A DNA stretch of 64,000 bases from Octopus vulgaris (Eukaryota), in the NCBI GenBank assembly GCA_951406725.2, contig OX597823.1:60450001-60514000 (forward strand), in the 5' to 3' direction. The position numbers were made by a program, and so were the translations under genes. This document shows positions 12,369-25,551 of this stretch, in pieces; position 1 is the stretch's first letter, and each line of letters begins with the position of its first letter. The notes under the pieces were generated by a model. That model was not told the DNA's origin. It saw only the letters and a program-made list of their open reading frames with translations, and did not search any database.

Positions 12369-12428
12369 AATATATATATGCGAGTGTGTGTGTGTGAGTG
12401 TGTATATCATTATCATCATCGTCGTTGA

Positions 12429-12476
<48 letters not shown>

Positions 12477-12987
12477 GTTTCAAGTTTCCAAATATACCAC
12501 AAACTTTTGTATTGCACACTGTGATATCAGAGCTAGTTAAATTACAGGTGCTAAGTTTTGGTTTTAGTCATACGAATACAAAAAAAAAAAAAATGATAAG
12601 ACCCATTTTAGTCAAAAGACTTTGTTATTATTCTATCATTTGCTTTTGTCTCTTTATTTATCATTTATTTTGTTTTATTGCTCTGTCTAAAAATGTACTC
12701 AGCTAAAAGGTTATAAAGTAGAATGCAAGACTTTACAAAATAGTTACTACAAAACTAAATGCACAGGCTGCCGGTCTTGATGGCATTAATGCTGATTTGA
12801 CCTTTGTTTTAAAATAACTTGAAATGCCATAAAACAAAATTGAAGAAAAGCAACGAAAAAAACAAGAAAGAAATTCAAAGCTAGGAGGCCTAACGACATT
12901 TACCCACACATACTTGCCAAATGAGAAAGCTTTCAAACAAATAAATAAAATAAAAAATATCAGTTATCATGGGGTTTCATTCATTAG

Positions 12988-13051
<64 letters not shown>

Positions 13052-13779
13052 TCATTTATTTATTTCTATTTTTATGTTTTTTATTATTTGTATATTTTTT
13101 TTGTTTTTGTTTCTTTACATTTCGAAAGACTTTTTCTGGACCAGTTAACTAAAAACAATCTATCAAGTTATTCAGATATTAAATATGTTTTTGGCAACTA
13201 AAAATCATATAATAATAAAAATTAAAATATAAATATCAAAAAACAGTATAGAGAAGTAAAACAAAACAAAAAAAAAATATACAAAAATACAAAAGACAAC
13301 AGAAAAATATTATATCTTAATCATTTTACTTCAAAAACAAAATATTATAAAACGAAGCTTGGTTGTTGTTTTTTTTTTTATATTCTTTTTTACAAGCTAG
13401 CAAAGATTATATGCCTAAATTGTCTCTTTTCTGTTTCTTGTAGTTAACTATTTGTTTGGTAATGAAGATAAAAATAACAATAGAAATCTGAAGAAGATAT
13501 TTATTTATCAGAACTGTGCACAGTATATTGCCTCTCTCTGTCTCTATTTGTCTCTCTGTTTGTCTCTGTCTATTTATCTCTCCTCCCCCTCTCTCTCTCT
13601 TTCACTGCTTTATTTCCCCTTATATCCATAGATACCACCATCTCCAGTTATTCTTCATTCATTTGTCAATGTTCATTAGTCTTCAAAGAAACAGACAACT
13701 TGTCAAGTTTACAGGAATATTCGTTTAATTCATTCAATTATTCATTATTAATTTTATTATCATTACTCCCATTCTTTTT

Positions 13780-13860
13780 CTTCTTCTTCTCCTTCTTCTT
13801 CTTCTTCTTCTTCTTCTTCTTCTTCTTCTTCTTCTTCTTCTTCTTCTTCTTCTTCTTCTT

Positions 13861-13891
<31 letters not shown>

Positions 13892-13981
13892 TTCTTATTA
13901 TAATTATTATTCTTCTTATTTTCATTATTATTATTATTATTATCATCATCATTATAATTATTATTATCATCATCATCATCA

Positions 13982-14048
<67 letters not shown>

Positions 14049-14107
14049 CATTATTATTATTATTATTATCATGATTGTTGTTGTTGTTGCTGTTGCTGTT
14101 GCTTTTG

Positions 14108-14144
<37 letters not shown>

Positions 14145-14146
14145 CA

Positions 14147-14187
<41 letters not shown>

Positions 14188-14190
14188 TTC
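13780..14190. repeat. Compound microsatellite (TTC)n(TTA)n(TCA)n(TTG)n
   Basis: Direct inspection. Confidence 0.97.
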
Positions 14191-15007
14191 GTCTTCTCCT
14201 TTCATTGCTTGTCTCTTTTTCTCACCTTGTCATTTCCACTGACGACTCTGCTTATACAATACTTAACAGTTGTTTAGACATTTCTTACAGGTTTAAAACC
14301 CAGGAAAGCAAAGAGTGTGAAGTGGCTGGTCTTCGATTGTTCTAATTAGATGTGGAAATATCTTATGAGCAATTAGAGACAATAAATAAGAACAGAATTC
14401 AATAAAATATTATTGCAAAGAAAGGAGGAAAAACATATATGCATGAAATTAATAAAATATATGGATTAGCTAAATAGAACATGGCAATAAGTAGACCACA
14501 GTAATTAGTAGATTGAATCAGAGGGATTAAAAGTTTAAGGCATGAACACTTTTATCTTCCTTCTTTTTTTTACTTTGGTTTTTTTTTTTTCAGAGGATTT
14601 TAATGTTTTTCAGTGCTGAAAAATATTAGGTGTTTGCATGTCTATGCACACACACATATGCATTCATAAATGTATTGACAACACACACATGTATACAGAC
14701 ATACACACATGCAAATATATATTAGGCTAGGTACATTATACAAAGCTTAATATGTGTTATATATATACAAGCTAGTTTTATAAATGTAGTTCATAAATAT
14801 CCTTGCCAAATGCAAAATTATAATTATAGAGGCACACATATACACACATAATTATACATACATATTCATACACACGTACATGCACATACATGTGTGTGTG
14901 TGTACACATACACACACATCTAGATATAAGACTTTAAAACTTTAGGGAGAATGTGAAATATTATGTTTTCTATCCAAAGGGATTTTTAAACCCATGCTTA
15001 TCATTTA

Positions 15008-15310
15008 TAGGTGCAGGAGTAGCTGTATGGTAAGTAGCTAGCTTACCAGCCGCATGGTTCTGGGTTCAGTCCCACTGTGTGGCCCCTTGGGTGAGGGTCT
15101 TTTACTATAGCCTGGAGCTAATCGATGCCTTGTGAGTGGATTTGGTTGGCAGAGATGGAAAGAAGCCCATCGTAGATATGTATATATATATATATATATA
15201 CATGTGTGTGTATGTATGCGTGTTTGTGTTTCTGTGTTTTTACCCACACCATCGCTTGACAATCGATGTTGGTGTGTTTGCGTCCCTGTAACTTAGTGGT
15301 TCAGCGAAAG
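15008..15310 (+). mobile_element. SINE family A, 3' truncated
   Basis: Alignment to the family. Confidence 0.85.
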
Positions 15311-15482
15311 ATAGATCTATCTAAGACAGCATGTTCTTTGTCTATCTCCTTAACTTCTTGGAGATTTTAGGTATAATTATACTAATGTGTCCATCTGTTC
15401 TAATTTAATTAAATCCTATGTCTTTGTGCAGTTGAGGATTGCTCTACATTTTAAATTGATGTAATGATTGCATTGTTCAATT

Positions 15483-15660
15483 AAGTGGAGTTGCATGAAA
15501 CGATCGTACTGCTTAGCAGTATTTCATGTCTTTACATCCTGAGTTCAAGTTCTGCCAAGGTTGATTTTGCCTTTCATCCTTTCAGGGTCGATAAATTAAG
15601 TATTAGTTGCATACTGGGGTCGATTTAAAATTTCAGGCCTTGTGCCTTGAGTAGAAAAGA
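15483..15660 (+). mobile_element. SINE family B
   Basis: Nin-like domain present. Confidence 0.8.
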
Positions 15661-15685
15661 ATATATATGAGAATATTAACTTTAT

Positions 15686-15894
15686 TCTGTTGTGTCTGGG
15701 GAGAGTCATTTTCTTTTTGTGCCTTATAATTTAACACACTCACCGGTAAAATTTCCACTTATTTCTTATTTTTATTTTCCTAAAATTTTCATTGTGTCCT
15801 GCACAAAAAGAAAATGACTCTCCCCAGACACAACAGAATATGCTTCAACACACAAACTCATATAAAGAATCTTGCAAACCAAATCCAAAAACCA
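15686..15894. mobile_element. Short PLE-like insertion with a perfect 40-bp inverted repeat and 14-bp TSD
   Basis: IR 15683-15722 / 15801-15840; TSD aatattaactttat at 15672-15685 and 15895-15908; tail similar to 2270-2310. Confidence 0.75.
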
Positions 15895-16261
15895 AATATT
15901 AACTTTATGCTAAGCTATAACTTGTTCCCATGTGTGGAATTATGGTAGAGGAAGCTGTAGAGTTCATATTCTCCCTTGGAATATGAGTACAACAACCAGG
16001 GAATCTGTTCCAACAGAAAAAATGGTAATAAATAGAGTGAAATCAATTTTGCAAAAAATCCCTGAGAATAGGAAAATATGAAAAATACAAAGATTTATTA
16101 AAAAAAAAAAATGGCAAAATGCTTGTGAATATAGTCTATCTAATTATTCAGAAAATAATAAATCAATTTATCAAAATAGCACTTTCTAAAATATAAAATT
16201 TTAATATTTTACTTCATTCTATTTTTACAAATTTCTGAAAATCTTACTTTTGCCTTTTGCC

Positions 16262-16601
16262 ACCACCATATTCATCATCATCATCATCCTTGCCATTGCC
16301 ATCATAATCATCATCATCATAAGCATCATCATTATCATCATTGTCATCATCATTGTCACCATCATCATCATCATTGTCAACATCGTCATCATCATTATAA
16401 TCAGCATCATCATCATCATCATCATCATCATCATTGTCGTCATCGTCGTCATCCTCATCATTGTCACCAACATCATCATCGTCGTCGTCATCCTCATCGC
16501 AGTCATCATCAACATTACCATCATCATCATCATCATCGTTGTCATCATCGTCATTATCAACATCACCATCACCATCATCGTCATCGTCGTCGTCATCATC
16601 G

Positions 16602-16635
<34 letters not shown>

Positions 16636-16640
16636 TATTA
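16262..16640. repeat. Degenerate (TCA)n microsatellite
   Basis: Direct inspection. Confidence 0.95.
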
Positions 16641-16719
16641 GGTAAGGTCAATTGAAGCAGGATCTCACAACACCTCACCACTCTTCCCTGTTTTGCCTTC
16701 TCTCTCAGATTCCATTTTC

Positions 16720-17035
16720 TTTTTTTATCTTTTATCTTTGACTTGCTTCAGTCATTGGATTATGGCCATGCTTGGGCACCATCTCGAAGGATTTAGTTAA
16801 ACTATTCTACTCTGGTACTTATTTTTACTTCTGTTACTTATTCTATTGAAATCTCTCACTGAACAGCTACTTTATGGGGAGTAGCTGTGTGGTAAGTAGC
16901 TTGCTTACCAACTACATGGTTCTGGTTTCAGTCCCACTGCATGGCACCTTTGGCAAGTGTCTTCTGCTATAGCCTCAGGCTGACCAAAGCCTTGTGAGTG
17001 GATTTGGTAGACAGAAACTAAAAGAAGTCCATTGT

Positions 17036-17071
<36 letters not shown>

Positions 17072-17550
17072 GCATGTATATGTTTGTGTGTTTGTGTTTC
17101 CCTCCCCCCCACACACACACACATACACACAATTTCACTTGACAACCGTTGCTGGTGTGTTTACATCCCTGTAACTTATTTGTTCAGCAAAAGAGACAAA
17201 TAGAATAAGTACTAGGCTTACAAAGAATAAGATCTGAGGTCAATTTGTTTGACTAAAGGTGGTGCTCCAGCATGGCCGCAGTCAAATGACTGAAACAAGT
17301 AAAAGAGTAAAAGAGTAAAGTGACGCCAGTTGTCAAACAATGGTGGACAACAAACACCTACCCAACCACCCACCCAACACCAGGGCTGGTTTCTTTACAT
17401 TCCTGTAACTTAGCAATTTGGCAAAAGAGATTAATAGAATAAATACCAGACTTTAAAATAAGTACTGAGGTTGATTTGTTCAAGTGTCAAAATCCTTCAA
17501 GGTGGTGCCCCAGCATGGTCACAATCCAGTGACTGAAACAAAGTAAAGAA
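16720..17550. mobile_element. Cluster of SINE family A pieces (minus-strand 3' part 16720-16875; full plus copy 16878-17320; plus 3' part 17385-17550)
   Basis: Alignment to the family. Confidence 0.85.
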
Positions 17551-17584
17551 CGGATGAAGGAAGCTCTCCAAAGAACAAATGATA

Positions 17585-17990
17585 ACATGAGCTGACAGAA
17601 TTGTTAGAATGCAAGGCGAAATGCTTAGCGGTATTTCGTCTGCCGTTATATTCTGAGTTCAAATTCTGCCGAGGTCGACTCTGCCTTTCATCCTTTCGGG
17701 GTCGATTAAATAAGTACCAGTTACGCACTGGGGTCGATATATTCAACTTAATCCGTCTGTCTGTCTGTCCTTGTGTGTCTCCTCTGTGTTTAGCTCCTTG
17801 TGGGTAGTAAAGAAATAGGTATTTCATCTGCCGCTACGTTCTGAGTTCAAATTCCACGGAGGTCGACTTTACCTAGGGTTGATAAATTAAGAACCAGTTG
17901 CATACTGGGGTCAGATAAATAAATATCTTCTTCTCACCGACTGCCCCCCACTCCCCAAATATTTTGGGCCTTGTACCTAGAGTAGAAAAG
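17585..17990 (+). mobile_element. SINE family B, internally duplicated (dimeric) form
   Basis: Unit restarts at aaagaaatag|gtatttc (about 17819). Confidence 0.85.
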
Positions 17991-18186
17991 AAAACAAATG
18001 ATAACACAAGTTCATCTTATGCTCTGTTTGTGAGATGTGTGATAAAGACCTACAAATTTCTTTTAGTGCTGGATGTGTTCTTTTGTTTTTTGTTTTTGTT
18101 TTTCTCTTAAGAAAGTATTTTGTAGAAATGGGGTGTAGCATGTATATAATTGTTTTTGTATTTTTTTATAAAATTATCTAATCATA

Positions 18187-18602
18187 GGCGCAGGAGTGGC
18201 TGTGTGGTAAGTAGCTTGCTAACCAACCACATGGTTTCGGGTTCAGTCCCACTGCGTGGCATCTTGGGCAAGTGTCTTCTGCTATAGCCCCGGGCCGACC
18301 AATGCCTTGTGAGTGGATTTGGTAGACGGAAACTGAAAGAAGCCTGTCATATATATGTATATATGTATGGCTGTGTGTGTATATGTTTGTGTGTCTGTGT
18401 TTGTCCCCCTAGCATTGCTTGACAACCGATGCTGGTGTGTTTATGTCCCCATCACTTAGCGGTTTGGCAAAAGAGACCGATAGAATAAGTACTGGGCTTA
18501 CAAAGAATAATTCCTGGGGTCGATTTGCTAAACTAAAGGCAGTACTCCAGCATGGCCGCAGTCAAATGACTGAAACAAGTAAAAGAGTAAAAGAGTAAAG
18601 AG
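18187..18602 (+). mobile_element. Full-length SINE family A (reference-quality copy)
   Basis: A-box-like GTGGCTGTGTGGT, B-box-like GGTTCAGTCCC, CORE-like GGCATCTTGGGCAAGTG, (TAAAAGAG)n tail. Confidence 0.92.
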
Positions 18603-18784
18603 TATAGGCTTGCTCAGTCAAGGCTGACCTAGGGCTAAACAACAACAGCTACAATTGATATTCATTTTCGTTGAGTCTGAAGTAAGGAAAAGCAAAGATG
18701 ACCCTGGTTGAACTTGGAAACAAAATGTAAATGATTGTAAAACTAAGTGTCACTGAGCATAGCTACAAAAAACAAGCAAGAGAG

Positions 18785-18990
18785 TTATATTTTTTTATTT
18801 TCCATGAATAGCACTTGCTTGTACATTTCTGGAGCAGGTATTCCTTGTAGTGAGTGTTTCTTGCCATTCTTATCAATGGACCATAAAATAAGAAGACAGG
18901 CATTCATTATCTTATGCTTCATTGAAGAACAGGAAATTTGTTTCTTGCTTCAGAAAACCAAGACAGAGACACCGCAGTGCCAACTACAGT
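18785..18990 (+). repeat. Ancient triplicated non-coding block, copy 1 (others at 21155-21362 and 23790-24012)
   Basis: Shared ttttc.atg.atagca.ttg..tgtaca..aagcag...aaataagaaga...cttcatt...tttcttgcttc...tgccaact. Confidence 0.7.
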
Positions 18991-19012
18991 AGCTTAACTC
19001 TTTAACAATTAA

Positions 19013-19431
19013 ACTCTTTACTCTTTTACTCTTTTACTTGTTTCAGTCATTTGACTGTTGCCATGCTGGAGCACCGCCTTTAGTTGAGCAAATCAACCCC
19101 AGGACTTATTCTTTGCAAGCCTAGTACTTATTCTATCGATCACTTTGCCAAACCGCTAAGTTACAGAGATGCAAACACACCAGCATTAGTTGTCAAGCAA
19201 TGTTGGGGGACAAACACTGACACACAAACACACATATACACATATATATATATATATACATATATATACAATGGGCTTCTTTCAGTTTCCGTCTACCAAA
19301 TCCATTCACAAGGCTTTGGTTGGCCCGAGGCTATAGTAGAAGACTCTTGCCCAAGGTGCCACGCAGTGGGACTGAACCCAGAACCATGTGGTTGGTAAGC
19401 AAGCTACTTACCACACAGCCACTCCTGTGCC
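19013..19431 (-). mobile_element. Full-length SINE family A nested in a piggyBac-type MITE (about 18998-19610)
   Basis: Reverse complement of 18187-18602; flanks match the MITE at 29774-29993. Confidence 0.9.
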
Positions 19432-19689
19432 TGAAATTTTCCATATTTAGCTCATATATTCTACCTGTTTTATGAAAAAAATGGCCAGATTCAACCTCTC
19501 ACACCTACCCTACAACGTCATTCTAAAAATAAATGATCACATCATCAAAATTTCGAAGGTAGGAGATAATGCAAGATTAATTCAAAACAACGTAAATAAA
19601 TAAACATTACTGCTTTTAGAGCAAAGTATCCAGTTATAAATTCTCAATAAGAGATGAGAGTAGTAACTTTACTGACAAGTAAGGGTAAT

Positions 19690-19925
19690 CTCCACATCAA
19701 TAAGGCTGTTCAATGTTACTACTGTTTTAACCCCAGGCAGATCTTCCACCAACTGGTTACAGGTGCAGCTTGCACTTTGTATATATTGCTTGCTGGGGAG
19801 GATGGCAGGGTTCGCTCCCCTGCTTGCAATATACACAGAGTGCAGGCTGCACCCATAACCAGCTGGCAGAAGATCTGCCTGAGGTTAAAACAGTAGTAAC
19901 ATCAAACAGCCATACTGATGTGGTG
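19690..19925. mobile_element. Palindromic MITE (about 100-bp arms)
   Basis: tgttactactgttttaacc.caggcagatcttc... / ...gaagatctgcctg.ggttaaaacagtagtaaca. Confidence 0.8.
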
Positions 19926-19977
19926 ATTAACTTTACTGTCGACTGAGTAATATGAATACTAAGGGATTCTCTCTCTC

Positions 19978-20378
19978 TCTTTACTCTTTTACTTGTTTCA
20001 GTTGTTTGATTGCGGCCATGCTGGAGCACCGCCTTTAGTCGAGCAAATCGATCCCAGAACTTATTCTTTGGAAGCCTGGTACTTATTCTATCAGTCACTT
20101 TTGCTGGACCACTTAGTTACGGGACATAAAGCCACCCACCCCCATTGGTTGTCAAGCGATGTTGGGGGACAAAGACAAACAAACATATGCACACACATAC
20201 ATATATATATACATATATACGACGGGTTTCTTTCAGTTTCCGTCTACCAAATCCACTCACAAGGCTTTGGTCAACCCGAGGCTATAGTAGAAGACACTTG
20301 CCCAAGGTGCCATGCAGTGGGAATGAACCCAGAACCATGTGGTTGGTAAGCAAGTTACTTACTACACAGACACTCCAG
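19978..20378 (-). mobile_element. SINE family A
   Basis: Alignment to the family. Confidence 0.88.
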
Positions 20379-21608
20379 GTTTAGCTTCAGAGGGAACAAG
20401 GTTTTATTGCATAAAATGAGATTGAGGCAATTGTGTGACATCCATGCATTTCTGAAACATTGTAAAAGTATTGTTTCAACAGCAGAGTCTATATATGTTT
20501 GTTTACTCTACAAGAAATAACAGGTAACTCTCCCTCAAATTACACTCTACCATCTTAATAAAAGGAAGTACACATTGAAAAATATGGATATAGAAATATT
20601 TCTGAAAAGAAATACGGTGTGATGGCTTTGGTTGGAATGTCTTTGAACTGGGATGATCATGTCTGGAGTGTTTTTGAACATAGGTCTACTCAACTCAGGG
20701 CTAGTTTGGGATTTCTACAACAACAGTAAAAACAATCCTAAGAGTGTTGAATCAATACGGGAGTTTTCTTACTTCATTGTTCATGGATAAGAATGGCAAG
20801 AAATACTGCTAGGAATAATCTTCTAACCTGCTTGAAATAGGAATCAAATCTCCTTCAAATTACCACGTTGGGCAATATCATCATCACTATCATTAACATC
20901 ATTTTAACGTCCACTTTTCTAAGTCTGCATGGGTCAGACAAAGTTTGTTTAGGTGAAGTATTTTTCAGGCAAATGCCCTTCCTGTTACCAGCCTAGAAAT
21001 GATATTTCTGTGTAAAAAAAAGTGACCTAGAATGGATCAGTTTGATTATCTCTAAACATAGATTTTGCAAAACAAGAGTTTATCTGGGGACTAAATGAAT
21101 TCCAGAAACATTGAGCCTTGTAAAAAAAAAACAAAAAAAAAAAACAACTAGTATTATTACATTTCTATTTTCAATGGATAACAATTGTTTGTATATTTTT
21201 CAAGCAGATATTCTTTGCTATGATTATTTCTCTCCATGCTTATCATTCAGCTGTGAAATAAGAAGAGAAATACAGTTTTTTTTACTTCATTTACTGAAGA
21301 ACATAAAATAATGCTTCTTGTTTCAGATAGTAATAAAAAAAAAAGCTGCCAACTGTATAGTTGTGGGCATAGGTGTGTGGTAAGAGGTTTGCCTTGCAAC
21401 AATGTAGTTTGGGGTTCAGTCCTATTGTGTGGCACCTTGAACAAGTTTGTTCTACTACCAGACTAACCGTAGCATTGTGAGTAAATTTGTTAGAAGAAAT
21501 CTGAGAGGAGTTCATTATATATATATATATATATATGTGTGTGTGCATGTGTGTGTGTGTGTGTGTGTGTATTTGGTTGATGGAAAGTGAATGTGGCCTG
21601 TCAGATAT

Positions 21609-21640
<32 letters not shown>

Positions 21641-21643
<3 letters not shown>

Positions 21644-22055
21644 TGTGGAAGTTGCTGTGTGGTAAATAGCTTGCTTGCCAACCACATGGTTCCAGGTTCA
21701 GTCCTACTGCATGGCATCTTGGGCAAGTGTCTTCTACTATAGCCTCGGGCCGACCAAAACCTTGTGAGTGAATTTCATAGCCACAAACTGAAAGAAGCCC
21801 ATCGTATATATGTATATATATATTTGTATGTGTGTATATATTTGTGTGTCTGTGTTTGTCCCCACAACATCACTTGACAACTGATGGTGGTGTGTTTACA
21901 TCCCTGTAACTAAGTGGTTCGGCAAAAGAGACTGATAGAATAAGTACTGGGCTTACAAAGAATAAGTCCTGAGGGTTGATTTGCTCGACTAAAGGTGGTG
22001 CTCCAGCATGGCCACAGTCAAATGACTGAAACAAGTAAAAGAGAGAGTAAAAGAG
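21641..22055 (+). mobile_element. SINE family A (a degenerate head-only copy precedes it at 21365-21515)
   Basis: Alignment to the family. Confidence 0.9.
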
Positions 22056-22063
22056 TATAGATG

Positions 22064-22100
<37 letters not shown>

Positions 22101-22221
22101 ATGTATATATATATGAATATATATATATATGTGTGTATGTATATATATATATGTATATATATATACATATATATATATATGTATATATATATGTATGTAT
22201 GTATATATATGTATGTATATA

Positions 22222-22406
22222 TCACCTTGACCGACCAGTCCATCAGGCGTCCATATGACACTGCTGGTCACAGCAGGCTGTGCACTTCTCTCTGGATCGC
22301 GCCTTTCTCATCCACGTGATCCCAATCGTCCTCCTGAAATCATAACTCCACTGTCATGGAGGTCTTCCGGATGGTCGTTTCCGCTCGCGCAGGTACCACT
22401 CGACAA
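22222..22406 (-). mobile_element. RTE-clade LINE extreme 3' fragment (second family)
   Basis: VVEWYLRERKRPSGRPP*QW..DF....GITWMRKARSRE motif; GC-rich, embedded in microsatellite. Confidence 0.75.
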
Positions 22407-22957
22407 CATATATATATATGTAGGTAGGTAGATAGATACATGAATACATACATTCATATGTAGATACACGCATGATATGTATGTATGCATGTACGTATAT
22501 GTGTTGTATGTATGTACGTATGTATGTATGTACATATGTATGTATGTATATGTGTGTGTGTATGTATATATGTATGTATACATGCATGCATGTATGTATC
22601 TATGTGTCTTTGTGTTTGTGCTTGTTCCCTACTACCACTTGACAAACTAGTGCTAGTTTGTTTTTGTCCCCCATAACTTAACAGTTCAGCATAAGAGACT
22701 GATAGAATAAGTATCAAACCTTAAAAAAATAAGTAATGAGGGTAATTCCTTCAATTAAAACCTTTGAAGGCAATGCCCCAACATGACCACAGCCCAGTGA
22801 CTGAATCAGTGAAAGATAAAAGGTTAAAGATAACTGCAATACCTTAAAACTAAGGAAAATAGTATTCTGTCTCATAAAATACAAAATATTGTTGTATGAA
22901 ATGAGAGGAAATAGATTATGTGACATTCATGCCTCTCTTAAACACTGAAAGAGTATT

Positions 22958-23149
22958 CTTTTCTACTCTAGGCACAAGACCCGAAATTTTGGAGGAAGGG
23001 CCAGTCGATTAAATCGACTACAGTACACAACTGAAAGGATGAAAGGCAAAGTTGACCTTGGCAGAATTTGAACTCAGAACGTAAAGACAGATGAAATAGT
23101 GCTATGCATTTTGCCCAGCATGCTAACGTTTCTGCCAGCTCACTGCCTT
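22958..23149 (-). mobile_element. SINE family B with 17-bp TSD
   Basis: TSD aacactgaaagagtatt at 22941-22957 and 23150-23166. Confidence 0.9.
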
Positions 23150-23334
23150 AACACTGAAAGAGTATTGAATCAGCAATTGGATCTCTACAATGTTCATTCA
23201 TTCTCGCAAGAAAGAGCTGGCACCTTTTCTTCAGATTACAGCCTACCATCTTAATAAAAAGAAATACACATCAGTTAATTATAGGGTTTGGTTGGAACAT
23301 CTTTGGGATATAGCTCTTTGCTCAACCATAAATA

Positions 23335-23705
23335 GTGGTGGGAGCGACAGCGATGGCAGTGGTGGTGGTGGTGGTGGTGGTGGTGGTGGTGGTGGTGGTG
23401 GTGGTGGTGGTGGTGGTGGTGGTGGTGGTGGTGGTGGTGGTGGTGGTGGTGGTGGTGGAGGAGGATTTGGTGATGATGGTGGTGATGGTGGTGGCGGTGG
23501 TGGCAGTGGTGGTGGTGGTGAAGGTGGTTTTGGTGGCGGTGGCTGTAGGCGGTGGTGGTGGTGGTGGTGGTGGTGGTGGTGGTGGTGGTGGTGGTGGTGG
23601 TGGTGGTTGTGGTGGTGGTGGTGTTGGTGTTGGTAGTAGTCGTGGTTTTGGTGGTGGTGGTGGAGGTGGTGGTGTTATTGGCGAGGTTAGTGGTGTTGGT
23701 GGTAG
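23335..23705. repeat. (GGT)n microsatellite
   Basis: Direct inspection. Confidence 0.97.
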
Positions 23706-24579
23706 TGTTAGTGAATCAAAACAACAACAACAACAACAGCAACAATATACAAAATCATAGTCTACTTACAAAAAAAAAAAGCAAAAGATTGCTCTCATTT
23801 TTGTTTTTCATGGATAGCATTTGTTGTACATGTTGGAAGCAGACATTTTTGCCAGTGGGTGTTTCTCTTAACTCTCACTATTCACCTGTGAAATAAGAAG
23901 AGAGATTCCTATTTTTCTGCTTCATTAAACTAAAGAAAAGAAAATATTGTTTCTTGCTTCGAAGAGATACAAAAATGCAAAAAAAGAAAACTACTGCCAA
24001 CTGCAGTAGTTTGAGTAAGAGATGAAGTCAGTCTCAGAAAATACAAGATAATACATTGTATGAAATAAAATTGATGTGACTATGTGACATGCATGCCTTT
24101 CTGAAATGTAACTGTATCAAACTACCAGTAGAGTCGCCATGTGTTTGTTGGATCGGCTAAAAAGAGCAGTCAAATTTTCCTCAAATTGTACCTTACCATC
24201 TTAAAAAGTGGGATGCCTTAGGTGACATGATTCCTGAAGGGTTACCTCCTTATGTAGGAAAAGACAGTACGGGTTATAACTGGAACATCACCTTTGATTG
24301 TAGGCTTGCTTGATCAGAGATGACTGAGGGTTAAACAACAACAGCAACAATATCAGCAACAAAAACAGTTCTTTGAGTGTCAAGCCAATATGTGGTTCTT
24401 TGATCAGCAAAATATAGCAGCCACGTCTCCCTAAAATTACATCTACTACCTTAAACCTTTTGTTGTGAAATCTCTTTTAAAATACATTGCTTTTATTTCA
24501 ATTAATTTGAAAATTATGAAGAATTTAGTAAAATATCTTAGTCATAATTCAGCTGGCATATGAAATATATATTTGTCTC

Positions 24580-25187
24580 AAATCTTGGTATAAGGACAGA
24601 AAGCTCAGGAGAGAGGGTAAGTTGATTGTGTCAACCTCAATGCTCAACTGGTACTTATTTTGTTGACCCTGAAAAGATGAAAGGTAATGTTGACCTCGGT
24701 AACATTTGAACTCAGAACATAAAGACAGATGAAATGCCACTAAGCATTTTGCCTAATGTGCAAACCATTCTTATTTCTTTATTGCCCATAAGGGGCTAAA
24801 CATAGAGGGGACAAACAAGGACAGACAAAGGGATTAAGTCGATTACATCGACCCCAGTGCATAACTGGTACTTAATTTATCGACCCCGAAAAGATGAAAG
24901 GCAAAGTTGACCTCGGCAGACTTTGAACTCAGAGCACAAAGACAGATGAAATACCTATTTCTTTACTACCCACAAGGGGCTAAACACAGAGAGGACAAAC
25001 AAGGACAGACAAACGGATTAAGTCGATTATATCGACCTCAGTGCATAACTGGTACTTATTTAATCAACCCCGAAAGGATGAAAGGCAAAGTTGACCTCGG
25101 CAGAATTTGAACTCAGAATGTAGCAGCAGACAAAATACCGCTAAGCATTTCGCCCAGCGTGCTAACAATTCTGCCAGCTCACCACTT
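24580..25187 (-). mobile_element. SINE family B concatemer (three body units) inside a TTAA-type MITE
   Basis: Three Nin-like domains at about 24660, 24880 and 25060. Confidence 0.85.
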
Positions 25188-25307
25188 TTGTATATAACTT
25201 AGCATGAAATTTTAATGGAAGGTTTCAATTTAGATCGCTTGAAAACAGGAAATTTCTGTCACAGAGCCAGGGTCTCAGGTATGTCTCAAAAGGGCTAAAA
25301 AGGAATG

Positions 25308-25551
25308 TGATATACTTCTGACTAGCTTCTCTGCACAGCAGAAAAGTAAAAAATGGGATGGTCATGGTTAGAATGCCTTTGATTCTAAGATTGCTGAATC
25401 TTGGCTGACATGAGACTAAACAACAACAACAATAATAAAATTAAGTGTGTTGATATACTTTTGACTGGCTTCTCAGCACACTGGAAAAAATGGGATGGTC
25501 ATGGTTGGAATGCCTTTTATTCTAAGACTGCTGAATCTGAGCTGACATAAG
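25308..25551 (+). repeat. Tandem duplication of about 100 bp of an (AAC)n-tailed dispersed repeat
   Basis: tgatatactt.tgact.gcttctc.gcaca...aaatgggatggtcatggtt.gaatgccttt occurs twice; related pieces near 20.5k, 24.2k, 26.1k and 42.0k. Confidence 0.7.
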
